Source: an uncultured Acidimicrobiia bacterium (GTDB lineage: Bacteria; Actinomycetota; Acidimicrobiia; Spongiisociales; JAENVV01). Taken from it: 33,438 nt of DNA. The position numbers and the translations under genes are program-made. The notes beneath the pieces are model-generated. The model did no database searches. It saw nothing but the letters and a program-made list of their open reading frames with translations, and was not told where the DNA came from. Of this stretch, positions 1-8,245 are shown one piece after another. The DNA lies in NCBI GenBank assembly GCA_965366365.1, contig CBDUEV010000031.1, forward strand, positions 1-33,438. The letters are read 5' to 3'. The number at the start of each line of letters is the position of its first letter. The first letter of the stretch is position 1.

Positions 1-242
1 CCCGGGCCAATCTCACCAACGAATCCGTCGAACTCGACGCCGCCTATCTGGCCCAGCTCAGCAACGATGCCATTCCGGCGATCGTGAAGTATCTGGCCAC
101 AGGCGACCTCGACTGCCCCTCGGCACACGAACTGGTCGACGCCACCCTCCTCTCGCCGGCACCGCACGATTGGCGATCGGCGAGCGTCAGTGACGTCCGA
201 GCCGAATCTGCGCTGGCGGGCCTGCCCGACTGCACGGAGTGA
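1..242 (+). CDS. 3' fragment of an unknown protein-coding gene, truncated at the window start. The C-terminus reads ...AIVKYLATGDLDCPSAHELVDATLLSPAPHDWRSASVSDVRAESALAGLPDCTE*.
   Basis: Open frame (codon phase 3) from the window edge to TGA at 240-242. Third-position GC bias is typical of this genome. It is not in the ORF track because there is no start codon. Confidence 0.4.
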   Translation, partial: RANLTNESVELDAAYLAQLSNDAIPAIVKYLATGDLDCPSAHELVDATLLSPAPHDWRSASVSDVRAESALAGLPDCTE

Positions 243-321
243 ACCGCAGAGATGACCCTTCGGCGACCCGCATGAGCCGGTCTCCTTCGATATCGTCTCG
301 GCTGAACGAAAGGAAACCCAC

Positions 322-522
322 ATGCCCGTGATGATCACCGAAGATCCAGACCTCGTTCCTCTCTGCCCACACTGCGATCAGGAACTGCGCGAGATCGTGG
401 GTAGGACACCCAAGACCCGTGGAGCGGCGGCCTTCATGTTCGGCAGGCGCACCGTGTACGCCTGTCCCTCCTGCCGAAAGGTTCTCGGCGTGTCCCATCG
501 CAAAGGCTTCTGGATGGGCTGA
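322..522 (+). CDS. Small zinc-ribbon protein (66 aa) with two CxxC pairs (CPHC...CPSC)
   Basis: ORF with ATG start and an AAAGGAAA Shine-Dalgarno-like sequence 5-7 nt upstream. There are four Cys in two CxxC pairs about 27 aa apart. GC3 is coding-like. Confidence 0.45.
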   Translation: MPVMITEDPDLVPLCPHCDQELREIVGRTPKTRGAAAFMFGRRTVYACPSCRKVLGVSHRKGFWMG

Positions 523-531
523 TCGCCGACG

Positions 532-2388
532 TCAGCCATCCATGGCACGGTGCAAGAACGCTGCCATCTGCCCCCGAGACACGAAATCGTCGGGGCAGAA
601 CATGGTGTTGGCGGGAGGGTTGCATCCCTTGGTGACGCCCGCCGTGCCCAACCGGTCGATGTCGTCCTCGAAGACCGAGTTGTCGTCGTCGACGAACAAG
701 TCCCCACCACCGTCATCGGAAAAGCCAAAGGCGCGGACCAGGAAGGCAGCCATCTGCCCCCTCGTGACGAGCGCGGCCGGACAGTACATGGTGTTGGCGG
801 GAGGGTTGCATCCCTTGGTGACGCCCGCCGTGCCCAACCGGTCGATGTCGTCCTCGAAGACCGAGTTGTCGTCGTCGACGAACAAGTCCCCACCACCGTC
901 ATCGGAAAAGCCAAAGGCGCGGACCAAGAAGGCAGCCATCTGCCCCCTCGTCACGAAATCGGCCGGACAGAACAGGGTGTTGGCGGGAGGATTGCAGCCC
1001 TGGGTGATGCCCTCTGCGGCAAGCCACTCGATGTCGTCCTCGAACACCGATCCATCGTCGTCGCTGAAGGTGCCGACACCGGCGGGCACGGTGGTCGTCG
1101 TGGTCGTCGTGGTCGTCGTGGTCGTCGTGGTGGTGGGCGCCGGGAGGGTGGATATGTCGAACACGTACACGGCACCCGCACTGGCGCCGTTTTCGTTCGA
1201 GTCGCCGGGTGACCCGACCGCCACGGTATATCCCGAGACTGCCACGTCGTGACCGAAGACATCGAACGCTTCGGGCGCAGGTGCCTCCAGCACCTCGCCC
1301 GGCATCCAATCCCCGCTCACGGATCGCTCATAGACGTAGGCAGCCCCGGCATATCCATCGGCGTTCGGAGCCCCCACCACGAGCAGGTCACCGTCTACGG
1401 CGACAGAAGCTCCGAAGGCCGGTGTGGCGCTGCCGCCTGGCCAGAGGGTGTCCTCGAGAGCGTAGACCGCCCCGTCCCAGCGATAGACCCACACAACGCC
1501 GGTGCCGATTCCGTTCGGGTTAATCGCCAGGGCATCACCGATGACGAGGAGGTCTTCGTCCATGGCCACACCACCGTGGTCCACGGAGATCTTCTGGATC
1601 TGGTGCCAGTCACCGAAGTTCTCGAAGACGTATACGGCGCCCTCGGCAGACACTGCCAACCTGTCGCCGTCAACGGCGACGTCCCATCCGAACTGGAGGT
1701 CGTCGCGCGGGTCTTCGGGGAAGACCCAGTCGCCGTCGACTTCGACCCGTCCCAGGAGATCAGCCCACTCTTCGCCCGGTGGGCAGCCCTCGATGTCGTC
1801 GCAGTACACGCTGGCGAAGGGGCCGCCTGCCGCCATGCTGCCGTTCAGGTCGACTGAGTCGCCAAAGAACTCGCTGCGGTAGAAGCCGTACTCCCATGCC
1901 GCGGATGCCACATCTCCATCCACCCACTCGAGCACGATCGCCACCCCCTGCATATAGAGCGACCCACCGTCGACCACCGGATGCAGCGGCGCTCCGACCA
2001 CGGTGGTCGTTCCCTCGATGGCCACGTCATTGCCGGCCATCCAGGGGGCTGTCTCGACCAGGGGGTCGTCCGTGTAGAAGTTGATCTTGTTCTTGTTGTC
2101 CCACCCCGTGGTCGTCTCACGCACGTAGGTGATCGAACCCCGGCTGTCAGCGCCGTCGTAGTCGTCGAACGGTGCACCGACGATCATGCCCGACCCGTCC
2201 AGGTCAACCGCGTATCCGAACTGGTCACCTGGCTCGCCAAAGCCGTCCAGAACGACCTCCTCGAGGCTGGCCGCATCGACCGAGCGAGCGGGAAGGAGCC
2301 CCAGCGATGCCACCACGACGGCCACCACCCCGGCTGCAACCCATCGAAGTCGTCGGTATGGAACCGGCGTCTGGTGGTGGAAACCCAT
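532..2388 (-). CDS. Secreted FG-GAP (integrin-alpha-like) repeat protein with a poly-Thr linker and three C-terminal SLH-like repeats
   Basis: AGGAGG Shine-Dalgarno precedes ATG at 2386-2388; the ORF-track GTG at 2406 is less likely. The N-terminus is signal-peptide-like (PYRRLRWVAAGVVAVVVASLG, possibly Tat). There are multiple FG..VA..GD-LLVGAP...G.AYVF motifs. A T15 linker is followed by 3 x ~62-aa repeats F.DD....F.DDI..L...G.T.GCNPPANT.YCP...VTRGQMAAFLVRA, matching the SLH pattern. Confidence 0.75.
   Translation of the reverse strand: MGFHHQTPVPYRRLRWVAAGVVAVVVASLGLLPARSVDAASLEEVVLDGFGEPGDQFGYAVDLDGSGMIVGAPFDDYDGADSRGSITYVRETTTGWDNKNKINFYTDDPLVETAPWMAGNDVAIEGTTTVVGAPLHPVVDGGSLYMQGVAIVLEWVDGDVASAAWEYGFYRSEFFGDSVDLNGSMAAGGPFASVYCDDIEGCPPGEEWADLLGRVEVDGDWVFPEDPRDDLQFGWDVAVDGDRLAVSAEGAVYVFENFGDWHQIQKISVDHGGVAMDEDLLVIGDALAINPNGIGTGVVWVYRWDGAVYALEDTLWPGGSATPAFGASVAVDGDLLVVGAPNADGYAGAAYVYERSVSGDWMPGEVLEAPAPEAFDVFGHDVAVSGYTVAVGSPGDSNENGASAGAVYVFDISTLPAPTTTTTTTTTTTTTTTVPAGVGTFSDDDGSVFEDDIEWLAAEGITQGCNPPANTLFCPADFVTRGQMAAFLVRAFGFSDDGGGDLFVDDDNSVFEDDIDRLGTAGVTKGCNPPANTMYCPAALVTRGQMAAFLVRAFGFSDDGGGDLFVDDDNSVFEDDIDRLGTAGVTKGCNPPANTMFCPDDFVSRGQMAAFLHRAMDG
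601..1100. repeat. Three tandem ~186-bp repeats (copies at 601, 787, 973). The first two are near-identical and encode the SLH-like modules.
   Basis: Direct DNA repeats with a 186-bp period were seen (catggtgttggcgggagggttgcatccc... recurs at 601 and 787, with a diverged copy at 973). The period of 62 codons keeps the reading frame. Confidence 0.85.
1091..1135. repeat. 9-bp microsatellite (gtggtcgtc) x4 plus a variant, encoding the poly-Thr linker
   Basis: Perfect 9-bp tandem copies at 1091, 1100, 1109 and 1118, and a variant at 1127. The unit length is a multiple of 3. Confidence 0.8.
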
Positions 2389-2598
2389 GGCGTCCTCCTG
2401 TCTCACGGAGGAGCGTTCAGGCTGACCGTACCGAGAGAGGGGATCCGACCCGCCGCCGGCTCCGGGCCACGATCGGCCCTTCGCCTGCCCGCATCCTCAC
2501 TGAACTCCCATACCCAGGGTGCACACAGTGAGGCGAAGCGGACTAGAGCCTTAGGTCAGAGTCGCCGGGGCCCGCCGTGCGTCGGCCCGGCCGGGTCC

Positions 2599-3954
2599 CT
2601 ACCTGTCCACGTCTCCGAGGACCGGGTCGAGGCTCGCCAAGGAGGCGATGGTGTCAGAGATGATCGAGTCGGCCAAGAGGATCGGCAGCGCCTGGAGATT
2701 GGCGAAGGAGGGTGCCCTGGTGTGCATTCTGAGCGGCTTGGCGCCGCCATCCGAGACGATGTAGCACCCGAGTTCGCCACGGGGTGACTCGATGGCGACA
2801 TACGCTTCGCCTTCGGGGACCTTGAACCCCTCCGTATAGATCTTGAAATGATGGATGAGGGCTTCCATCGACTCGTCGATCCTCTTGCGAGGCGGCGGCG
2901 TGATCTTGCGGTCCTCGGTCTTGTAATCGCCGAGGGGCATGGACTCGGCAGCCTGCCGGACGATCTTCAACGACTCTTCGATCTCGTGCACCTTGACCCG
3001 GTACCGATCGTAGGAGTCGCCCCGCTCTCCAACCACGACATCGAAGTCGTATTGCTCGATGCCCGAATACGGGGCCATCTTGCGCAAATCGTGGGCGAAT
3101 CCGGTGGAGCGGAGCGTTGGTCCCGTAATGGAGTGCGCCAGGCATTCCTCGGCGGTGATGATGCCGACATCTCGGGTCCGACGCAGCCAGATGGGGTTGG
3201 CCTTGAGGAGATCCTCGTATTCGGCCAGCATCGGCGGGAGAGCCTCGAGGATATCCTCGACGTCGGCTTCCCATCCGTCGGGCAGATCGGCCGCCACCCC
3301 GCCCGGTCGAATGAAGTTGTGGTTCATCCGCAGGCCGGTTGTCTTCTCGAAGAACGCCAGGATGCGCTCGCGGTCACGGAAGCCGTACAACATCATCGAG
3401 AGGGCTCCCACGTCCATCCCGTTGGTGGCGAGCGCCACCAGGTGGCTGGCCACCCGGTTCAGCTCCGACAGCATGATCCGAATCGCCTGAGCGCGCGGGG
3501 GGACCTCGATACCGAGCAACTGCTCGACCGCCAAGGAGAAACACAGCTCGTTGTGCATCGGGGCGAGGTAGTCCATGCGAGTCACGTTGGTCGGCCCCTG
3601 CATGAAGGTGAGCTCCTCGGCGGTCTTCTCCATGCCGGTGTGGAGGTAGCCGATGATCGGCTTGACCCGTCGAACGACTTCGCCCTCGAGTTCGATGTTG
3701 AGCCGCAAGACCCCGTGCGTCGAGGGATGCTGAGGACCCATGTTGATGATCATGCGTTCGTCGGAGTCGATCTGCTCGTCGTAGAGAACGTCGTCGACGA
3801 CTCGGGTGCCCAACTGTTCGATGAGCCGGCCACCGGTGTCGTCCGGCTTGAGTTTCTGAGCACCCTCGTCGGTGCCACCCACGAGCCAGTCGGGCTCCTC
3901 CGTTCCGGAGACCCAGACTTCCTTGGTGCGTCGCTCGCCGCGTGTGTCAGTCAT
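2599..3954 (-). CDS. nuoD: NADH-quinone oxidoreductase subunit D (49-kDa subunit)
   Basis: Hallmark NuoD sequence (MIINMGPQHPSTHGVLRL..., ...RMHTRAPSFANLQALP...). The ATG at 3952-3954 overlaps the nuoC stop (TGATG). The ORF-track start at 4035 over-extends into nuoC. Confidence 0.93.
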   Translation of the reverse strand: MTDTRGERRTKEVWVSGTEEPDWLVGGTDEGAQKLKPDDTGGRLIEQLGTRVVDDVLYDEQIDSDERMIINMGPQHPSTHGVLRLNIELEGEVVRRVKPIIGYLHTGMEKTAEELTFMQGPTNVTRMDYLAPMHNELCFSLAVEQLLGIEVPPRAQAIRIMLSELNRVASHLVALATNGMDVGALSMMLYGFRDRERILAFFEKTTGLRMNHNFIRPGGVAADLPDGWEADVEDILEALPPMLAEYEDLLKANPIWLRRTRDVGIITAEECLAHSITGPTLRSTGFAHDLRKMAPYSGIEQYDFDVVVGERGDSYDRYRVKVHEIEESLKIVRQAAESMPLGDYKTEDRKITPPPRKRIDESMEALIHHFKIYTEGFKVPEGEAYVAIESPRGELGCYIVSDGGAKPLRMHTRAPSFANLQALPILLADSIISDTIASLASLDPVLGDVDR

Positions 3955-4511
3955 CAGGTCACCCGGTTCGCTTCTTTGAACTGCACCGGCACGGACCCGA
4001 CGGCGTAGTCCTTGCGGAGAGGATGACCCACCCACTCATCGGGCATGAGGATCCGAGTCATGTCGGGATGGTCATCGAAGCTGATCCCGAAAAGGTCGTA
4101 GATCTCTCGCTCGAAGAAGTTGGCTCCGGGGTAGACAGGCACGAGGGATGGACAGGTCGGGTCGTCGGCATCGACGGGGATCCGCGCTCGCAGGCGCAGG
4201 CCGTGCTGGACGGAGAGCAAATTGGCCACGACCTCGAACCGCGTTCGCTTCTTGCCCAGGTAGTCGACGGCCGTGACGTCGGCGGCCATTTCGAAACCCG
4301 CCTCGTGTGCGGCCGTCGCGAAGGCTCGCCAGGTCTCCTTGGGAACCATCACCACGTCTTGTCGAGACGAGAGCATCCACTCGACATCGCCGAAGGGCTC
4401 GATGAGGTTCTTCAGAACGTCGTGGTCAGGAAGTGCTCGTTCCGGTTCGACAGGCGATTCGGTTTGGGTCTCTTCTGTTGCAGTCTCGTCAGTCACGGGC
4501 CAGCTCCCCAC
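3954..4511 (-). CDS. nuoC: NADH-quinone oxidoreductase subunit C (30-kDa subunit)
   Basis: NuoC motifs (FEVVANLLS..., [33 protein letters not shown]). GTG start at 4511, or alternatively GTG at 4496. It overlaps the nuoB 3' end. Confidence 0.92.
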   Translation of the reverse strand: MGSWPVTDETATEETQTESPVEPERALPDHDVLKNLIEPFGDVEWMLSSRQDVVMVPKETWRAFATAAHEAGFEMAADVTAVDYLGKKRTRFEVVANLLSVQHGLRLRARIPVDADDPTCPSLVPVYPGANFFEREIYDLFGISFDDHPDMTRILMPDEWVGHPLRKDYAVGSVPVQFKEANRVT

Positions 4512-4962
4512 TCGTGATCTTGTCCTGCAGCGTCAGAATGCCGTGGATGAGCGACTGAGGCCCGGGCGGGCAACCGGGGACGTAGACATCGACTGGCACG
4601 ACCTGGTCCACTCCCTGCACGAGCGCGTAGTTGTTGAACATGCCGCCCGTCGACGCGCAGGCACCCATCGAGATGACCCACTTGGGCTCGGGCATCTGGT
4701 CGTAGACCTGACGCAGCACCGGAGCCATCTTCTGAGACACCCGGCCCGCCACGATCATCAGGTCTGCCTGGCGCGGGGAGGCCCGAAAGACCTCCATGCC
4801 GAAACGGGCCAGGTCGTAGTGCGCCGTGCCCGTCGCCATCATCTCGATGGCGCAGCATGCCAGGCCGAACGTAGCGGGAAACATCGAGCGGGTGCGGGCC
4901 CACCGAGAAACCTTGTTGAGGTTCGTGAGCAGGAAGCCGGGAGGAGTGGTGGCCTGTGCCAT
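4489..4962 (-). CDS. nuoB: NADH-quinone oxidoreductase subunit B (20-kDa, [4Fe-4S] N2 subunit)
   Basis: [10 protein letters not shown]...[12 protein letters not shown]....[42 protein letters not shown]...VPGCPP. The ATG is directly adjacent to the nuoA stop. Confidence 0.95.
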   Translation of the reverse strand: MAQATTPPGFLLTNLNKVSRWARTRSMFPATFGLACCAIEMMATGTAHYDLARFGMEVFRASPRQADLMIVAGRVSQKMAPVLRQVYDQMPEPKWVISMGACASTGGMFNNYALVQGVDQVVPVDVYVPGCPPGPQSLIHGILTLQDKITSGELARD

Positions 4963-5394
4963 CTAGGCGGCCCCGATCTTGGCCTGCTCCGGAGAGATGT
5001 CGCGCTGGATGCGACGCTCGCGCAGTGGCTGATTCCAATCCAAACCCCCGCGACCCCACACATACCCCAAGGTCTCCAGGACCAACACGGTGAAGATCCC
5101 GATCTCCAGAACGCCTAGCCATCCGAACTCGGGGTTGGGGAAGAGGACGGCCCACGCGAAGAGGAAGATCATCTCAACGTCGAAGATGACGAAGAGCATC
5201 GCCACGAGATAGAACTGGACCGGGAAGCGGTTCCGTGCCTCCGTCTCGGGAACGATGCCACACTCGTAGGGGGCGAGTTTCTCGGCGGTCGGTTTCTTCG
5301 GCGATACGAGGTATGCCAGCGACAGCGCTGCCACGACGAAGCCCACAGCCAACAGGAACATGATTGCAATCGGCAGATATGCCGGAAGGTCCAA
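4963..5394 (-). CDS. nuoA: NADH-quinone oxidoreductase subunit A
   Basis: YECGIVPETEARNRFPVQFYLVAMLFVIFDVEMIFLFAWAV. TTG start at 5394 with an AAGGAG Shine-Dalgarno 7 nt upstream. The N-terminal length matches actinobacterial NuoA. Confidence 0.9.
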   Translation of the reverse strand: MDLPAYLPIAIMFLLAVGFVVAALSLAYLVSPKKPTAEKLAPYECGIVPETEARNRFPVQFYLVAMLFVIFDVEMIFLFAWAVLFPNPEFGWLGVLEIGIFTVLVLETLGYVWGRGGLDWNQPLRERRIQRDISPEQAKIGAA

Positions 5395-5501
5395 GCCCAG
5401 ACTCCTTGTGGATGTGGTTAGAGAATAGAAACCCCACCATCAAACACCAAAACCATTGGCGGCGCTCGGAATGCGGTACGACAACCTTGCTCGACCGGGT
5501 C

Positions 5502-5831
5502 CTACCCCACCCGCTCGCCACAGATGCACTGGTACTCGACGCCTTCAGGACCCGGCTCGGCCTGGTTGTACCGGAAGAAGACGAGAGCCTCGAGGGTGTC
5601 GCAGTGCGCCGCCAAGGCGACCTCTTCCAGCTCACGGGCCATGGGATTGAGCGCCTGGCGCAAACGGTGGGCTTGGTTGCGTATCTCGTCGAGCTGGTGT
5701 CGGGAGGTGGCCAGCTCGAACAGCGAGCCGCCGGTTCGGCGTAGTTCGTCGTGGCGACGCCACCGCGCCAGGAGCTCTTCGAATGTCGCTTCGAGAACCG
5801 GATGCAAAGACAGCCGCACGCCTTTCCTCAT
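5502..5831 (-). CDS. Hypothetical small protein (109 aa)
   Basis: The ORF exactly fills the gap between nuoA and the reductase gene. No clear Shine-Dalgarno and no recognisable domain. GC3 is moderately coding-like. Confidence 0.3.
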   Translation of the reverse strand: MRKGVRLSLHPVLEATFEELLARWRRHDELRRTGGSLFELATSRHQLDEIRNQAHRLRQALNPMARELEEVALAAHCDTLEALVFFRYNQAEPGPEGVEYQCICGERVG

Positions 5832-5897
5832 TGAGGTGAGCGTACCCGAACGGGTTCTCGGTCTGCGCCAGAATCCAGCTCCGGAACGGCCGCGTCT

Positions 5898-7148
5898 TCA
5901 GCCTGTCAGAGAGCGCGGGGCCAACCGAATCATGCCTTCGAGCATGTGGTAGGCCCGATCTCCGATATGGCGGTCTTCTTCCTCGAGGAGGTTGGCCATC
6001 ACCTTGAGCACCCATTCCATGAGCGGCTTCGAGTGGAGCCCGGTGTGTGCCAGCGTCCGCATGACCGACGGGTAACCGATCAGTTTCACGAAGAGACGGG
6101 CCATCCGGTAGTAATCGCCATACGTCTCATCGAGTTCGGCCGGGTAGCGCTGAAGGAGGCCCAGATCATCGGCGACGAGCGCCTCGTGAATGTGCTCGGC
6201 GGCGAGACGCCCGGTCTCGTATCCGTAGGCGATGCCCTCTCCGTTCCACGGATTGATCGCCCCCATGGCGTCGCCCACCACCACCCAGTTGGCACCGGCG
6301 CGCGGGCCCTTGGAGAAGGACATCAGCAGCTTGCCGCCTTTGGGTTCGGAGAGTTGCGCCTCCTCGGACAGTTCCCAATGCTTCGGCGCAGCCTCGACAT
6401 AGTTCGCCATCATCGTGGTGGTGTTGACGTCCTTCCAATGCCGGAAGGTGGACAACAGGCCAACCCCGACATTGACGGTGCCGTCCCCCAGTGGAAACAC
6501 CCACCCATAGCCGGGCATGGAGTTCCCTGACTTGTCGCGAATATCGAGCTGGCTCTCCATGAACCCGTCTTGGGACATGGGTGAGGAGAAATAGCCGCGA
6601 GCCGCCAGACCCAACGGGTAATCCTTGTTTCTGACCGTCCCGAGCAGGCGACCGAAACGAGACGTCGACCCGTCGGCCACGACAACGACCTTGGCGCTCA
6701 TGATCTCGGTCTCGTCACCCGACGAGAGCGTGACGCCGGCCAGGCGGCCGTCGATCACGTGCGGCTTGGCTGTGGTCTTTGCTCTGATGACCGCCCCCTC
6801 CTTCTCGGCGAGGCGCGCCACCTGATCATCGAGGTCCATGCGCCGGATCACGCCGCCCCAGTTCGGGTACTTCGAATGCTGTGGCCACTCGAGTTCGAGA
6901 TGCAGCGAATCGCCCGCATAGGAGCGCAAGCCGACGATCTTGTGGAACTCCTGGCTGGCGAAATCGAACCCCATTTTCTGCAGCTCATAGATCGACCGGG
7001 GGGTGAGTCCGTCGCCGCAGGTCTTCTCGCGGGGGTACTCGCTCTTCTCGACCAGGACGACCGAATGTCCCGATCGCGCCAACCAATAGGCTGCCGCCGA
7101 GCCGGCCGGCCCACCACCCACCACCACAACATCAGGAGTGTTCGTCAT
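5898..7148 (-). CDS. Geranylgeranyl reductase family FAD-dependent oxidoreductase (MenJ-like menaquinone reductase candidate)
   Basis: N-terminal DVVVVGGGPAGSAAAYWLARSGHSVVLVEK...PREKTCGDGLTPRS is the GGR-family FAD fold. ATG start at 7146-7148. Confidence 0.85.
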   Translation of the reverse strand: MTNTPDVVVVGGGPAGSAAAYWLARSGHSVVLVEKSEYPREKTCGDGLTPRSIYELQKMGFDFASQEFHKIVGLRSYAGDSLHLELEWPQHSKYPNWGGVIRRMDLDDQVARLAEKEGAVIRAKTTAKPHVIDGRLAGVTLSSGDETEIMSAKVVVVADGSTSRFGRLLGTVRNKDYPLGLAARGYFSSPMSQDGFMESQLDIRDKSGNSMPGYGWVFPLGDGTVNVGVGLLSTFRHWKDVNTTTMMANYVEAAPKHWELSEEAQLSEPKGGKLLMSFSKGPRAGANWVVVGDAMGAINPWNGEGIAYGYETGRLAAEHIHEALVADDLGLLQRYPAELDETYGDYYRMARLFVKLIGYPSVMRTLAHTGLHSKPLMEWVLKVMANLLEEEDRHIGDRAYHMLEGMIRLAPRSLTG

Positions 7149-7242
7149 GGCGACAGGCTACCGGCGCCACCGCGCTCTCGTGAATCGTCGGCAGCCGGGT
7201 CGGACGATTTCTCGCGCGTATCCAAGCCTGTCTATATTCGCT

Positions 7243-7260
7243 TTGTGAAACCAGTCACAA
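7243..7260 (+). promoter_or_regulatory. Rex operator (ROP-like) TTGTGAAACCAGTCACAA, overlapping the rex start codon, with a TATATT -10-like hexamer at 7233-7238
   Basis: 17 of 18 positions match the actinobacterial Rex consensus TTGTGAA-N4-TTCACAA (by direct comparison). The GTG start of rex at 7245 lies inside the site, and TATATT lies 7 nt upstream of GTG. Confidence 0.6.
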
Positions 7261-7868
7261 TCCCGAGAGCCACCGTGGCCCGATTGCCTCTGTACCTCCA
7301 GTGCCTGGAAGGACTCGGCACCGAAACGCCCACCGTCTCTTCACAAGAGCTGGCGGTTATCGCCAACGTCAACTCGGCCCAGGTCCGCAAGGACCTGTCC
7401 TACCTCGGCTCGCACGGCGTCCGTGGCGTCGGCTACCAGCGGGCGGCCTTGGTCGACCTGATCCGACAGGAACTGGGACTCACCCACGAGTGGCCGATCG
7501 TCATCATCGGGGCCGGGAACCTCGGTTCCGCCCTCGCCAACTACGGCGGTTTTGCTGCAGCTGGATTCACCCTGGTCAGCGTCTACGACGTGGATCACAC
7601 CAAGATCGGGTCGGCCGTCGGTGGCATCACCGTGCGGAGCCTCGATCAGCTCGAAGCGGATGTCGCCGCACGGGACGTGGCGATGGGCGTGGTCACGACC
7701 CCCGCGGCGGCCGCCCAGGAAAGCGTCAACCGCCTCGTGGCGGCAGGGGTTCGTTCGATCCTCAACTTCGCCCCGTTCGTGGTGCAGGTCCCGAAGGGTG
7801 TCGACGTCCGGCATGTCGATCTTTCGACCGAACTTCAGATTCTCAGCTTCTATCGGGCTCGTCGCTGA
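7245..7868 (+). CDS. rex: Redox-sensing transcriptional repressor Rex
   Basis: IPRATVARLPLYLQCL... is the Rex N-terminal wHTH signature, and the Rossmann fold follows (VIIGAGNLGSALANY). GTG is the only in-frame start upstream of the conserved IP.ATV motif. There is no room for a leader or Shine-Dalgarno, so the mRNA is probably leaderless. Confidence 0.9.
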   Translation: MKPVTIPRATVARLPLYLQCLEGLGTETPTVSSQELAVIANVNSAQVRKDLSYLGSHGVRGVGYQRAALVDLIRQELGLTHEWPIVIIGAGNLGSALANYGGFAAAGFTLVSVYDVDHTKIGSAVGGITVRSLDQLEADVAARDVAMGVVTTPAAAAQESVNRLVAAGVRSILNFAPFVVQVPKGVDVRHVDLSTELQILSFYRARR

Positions 7869-7882
7869 CGACCCGTAGGGAG

Positions 7883-8242
7883 CTATTCGATCTGGCGGTT
7901 CTGTTCCTGTTCGAAACGGCTCAGCGCCACCATGAACATGACGAACAGAATCGCTGCGCCGAACATGAACGTCAGCGGCAGGATGCGGATCTCGAAGGCG
8001 TTCAAGCCTTCGAAGTTGGTCGGGCGCGGGCCGCGCGGGGCGTACAGCACAAACAACAAGGAGTTGAGCGCGCTCCATCCGAAGATTCCCGCCCCGGAGA
8101 CCAGAAACGCCAGCCTCTTACCGAGGTTCGTCGCCAGGATGAGGTAAGCCGTGCCGAAGAACACCAGGAAGCTGACGATGGTGAGCAGAATGCCGGTGAA
8201 CATCAGGTTGGCAGAGAGAATCTCTCTCATGAGTTCGCGCAT
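7883..8242 (-). CDS. Small hydrophobic membrane protein (119 aa, about 3 TM), last gene of the bc-type operon
   Basis: The ATG lies 4 nt after the diheme cytochrome c stop. The protein is strongly hydrophobic. No recognisable family. Confidence 0.55.
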   Translation of the reverse strand: MRELMREILSANLMFTGILLTIVSFLVFFGTAYLILATNLGKRLAFLVSGAGIFGWSALNSLLFVLYAPRGPRPTNFEGLNAFEIRILPLTFMFGAAILFVMFMVALSRFEQEQNRQIE

Positions 8243-8245
8243 GGC

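Noticed and set aside
378-1252. ORFs 378..914 (minus) and 419..1252 / 550..1212 (plus) with internally repeated protein sequences
   Set aside because: They are alternative frames of the 186-bp tandem repeats that encode the SLH-like domains of the 532..2388 gene.
2407-2598. Intrinsic terminator after nuoD
   Set aside because: There are only imperfect GC-rich inverted repeats (CCGGGGCCCGCCGTGCGTCGGCCCGGCCGGG) and no U-tract, so the evidence is insufficient.
2848-4008. 386-aa plus-strand ORF antisense to nuoD. Similar long antisense ORFs occur at 8510..9739, 13988..15202, 10360..11382, 28706..30664, 25506..26426 and 21783..22919.
   Set aside because: In a ~70% GC genome, stop-free antisense frames are expected. 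Each lies opposite a gene with strong family-specific motifs, and the products are Arg/Pro/Gly-rich low-complexity strings.
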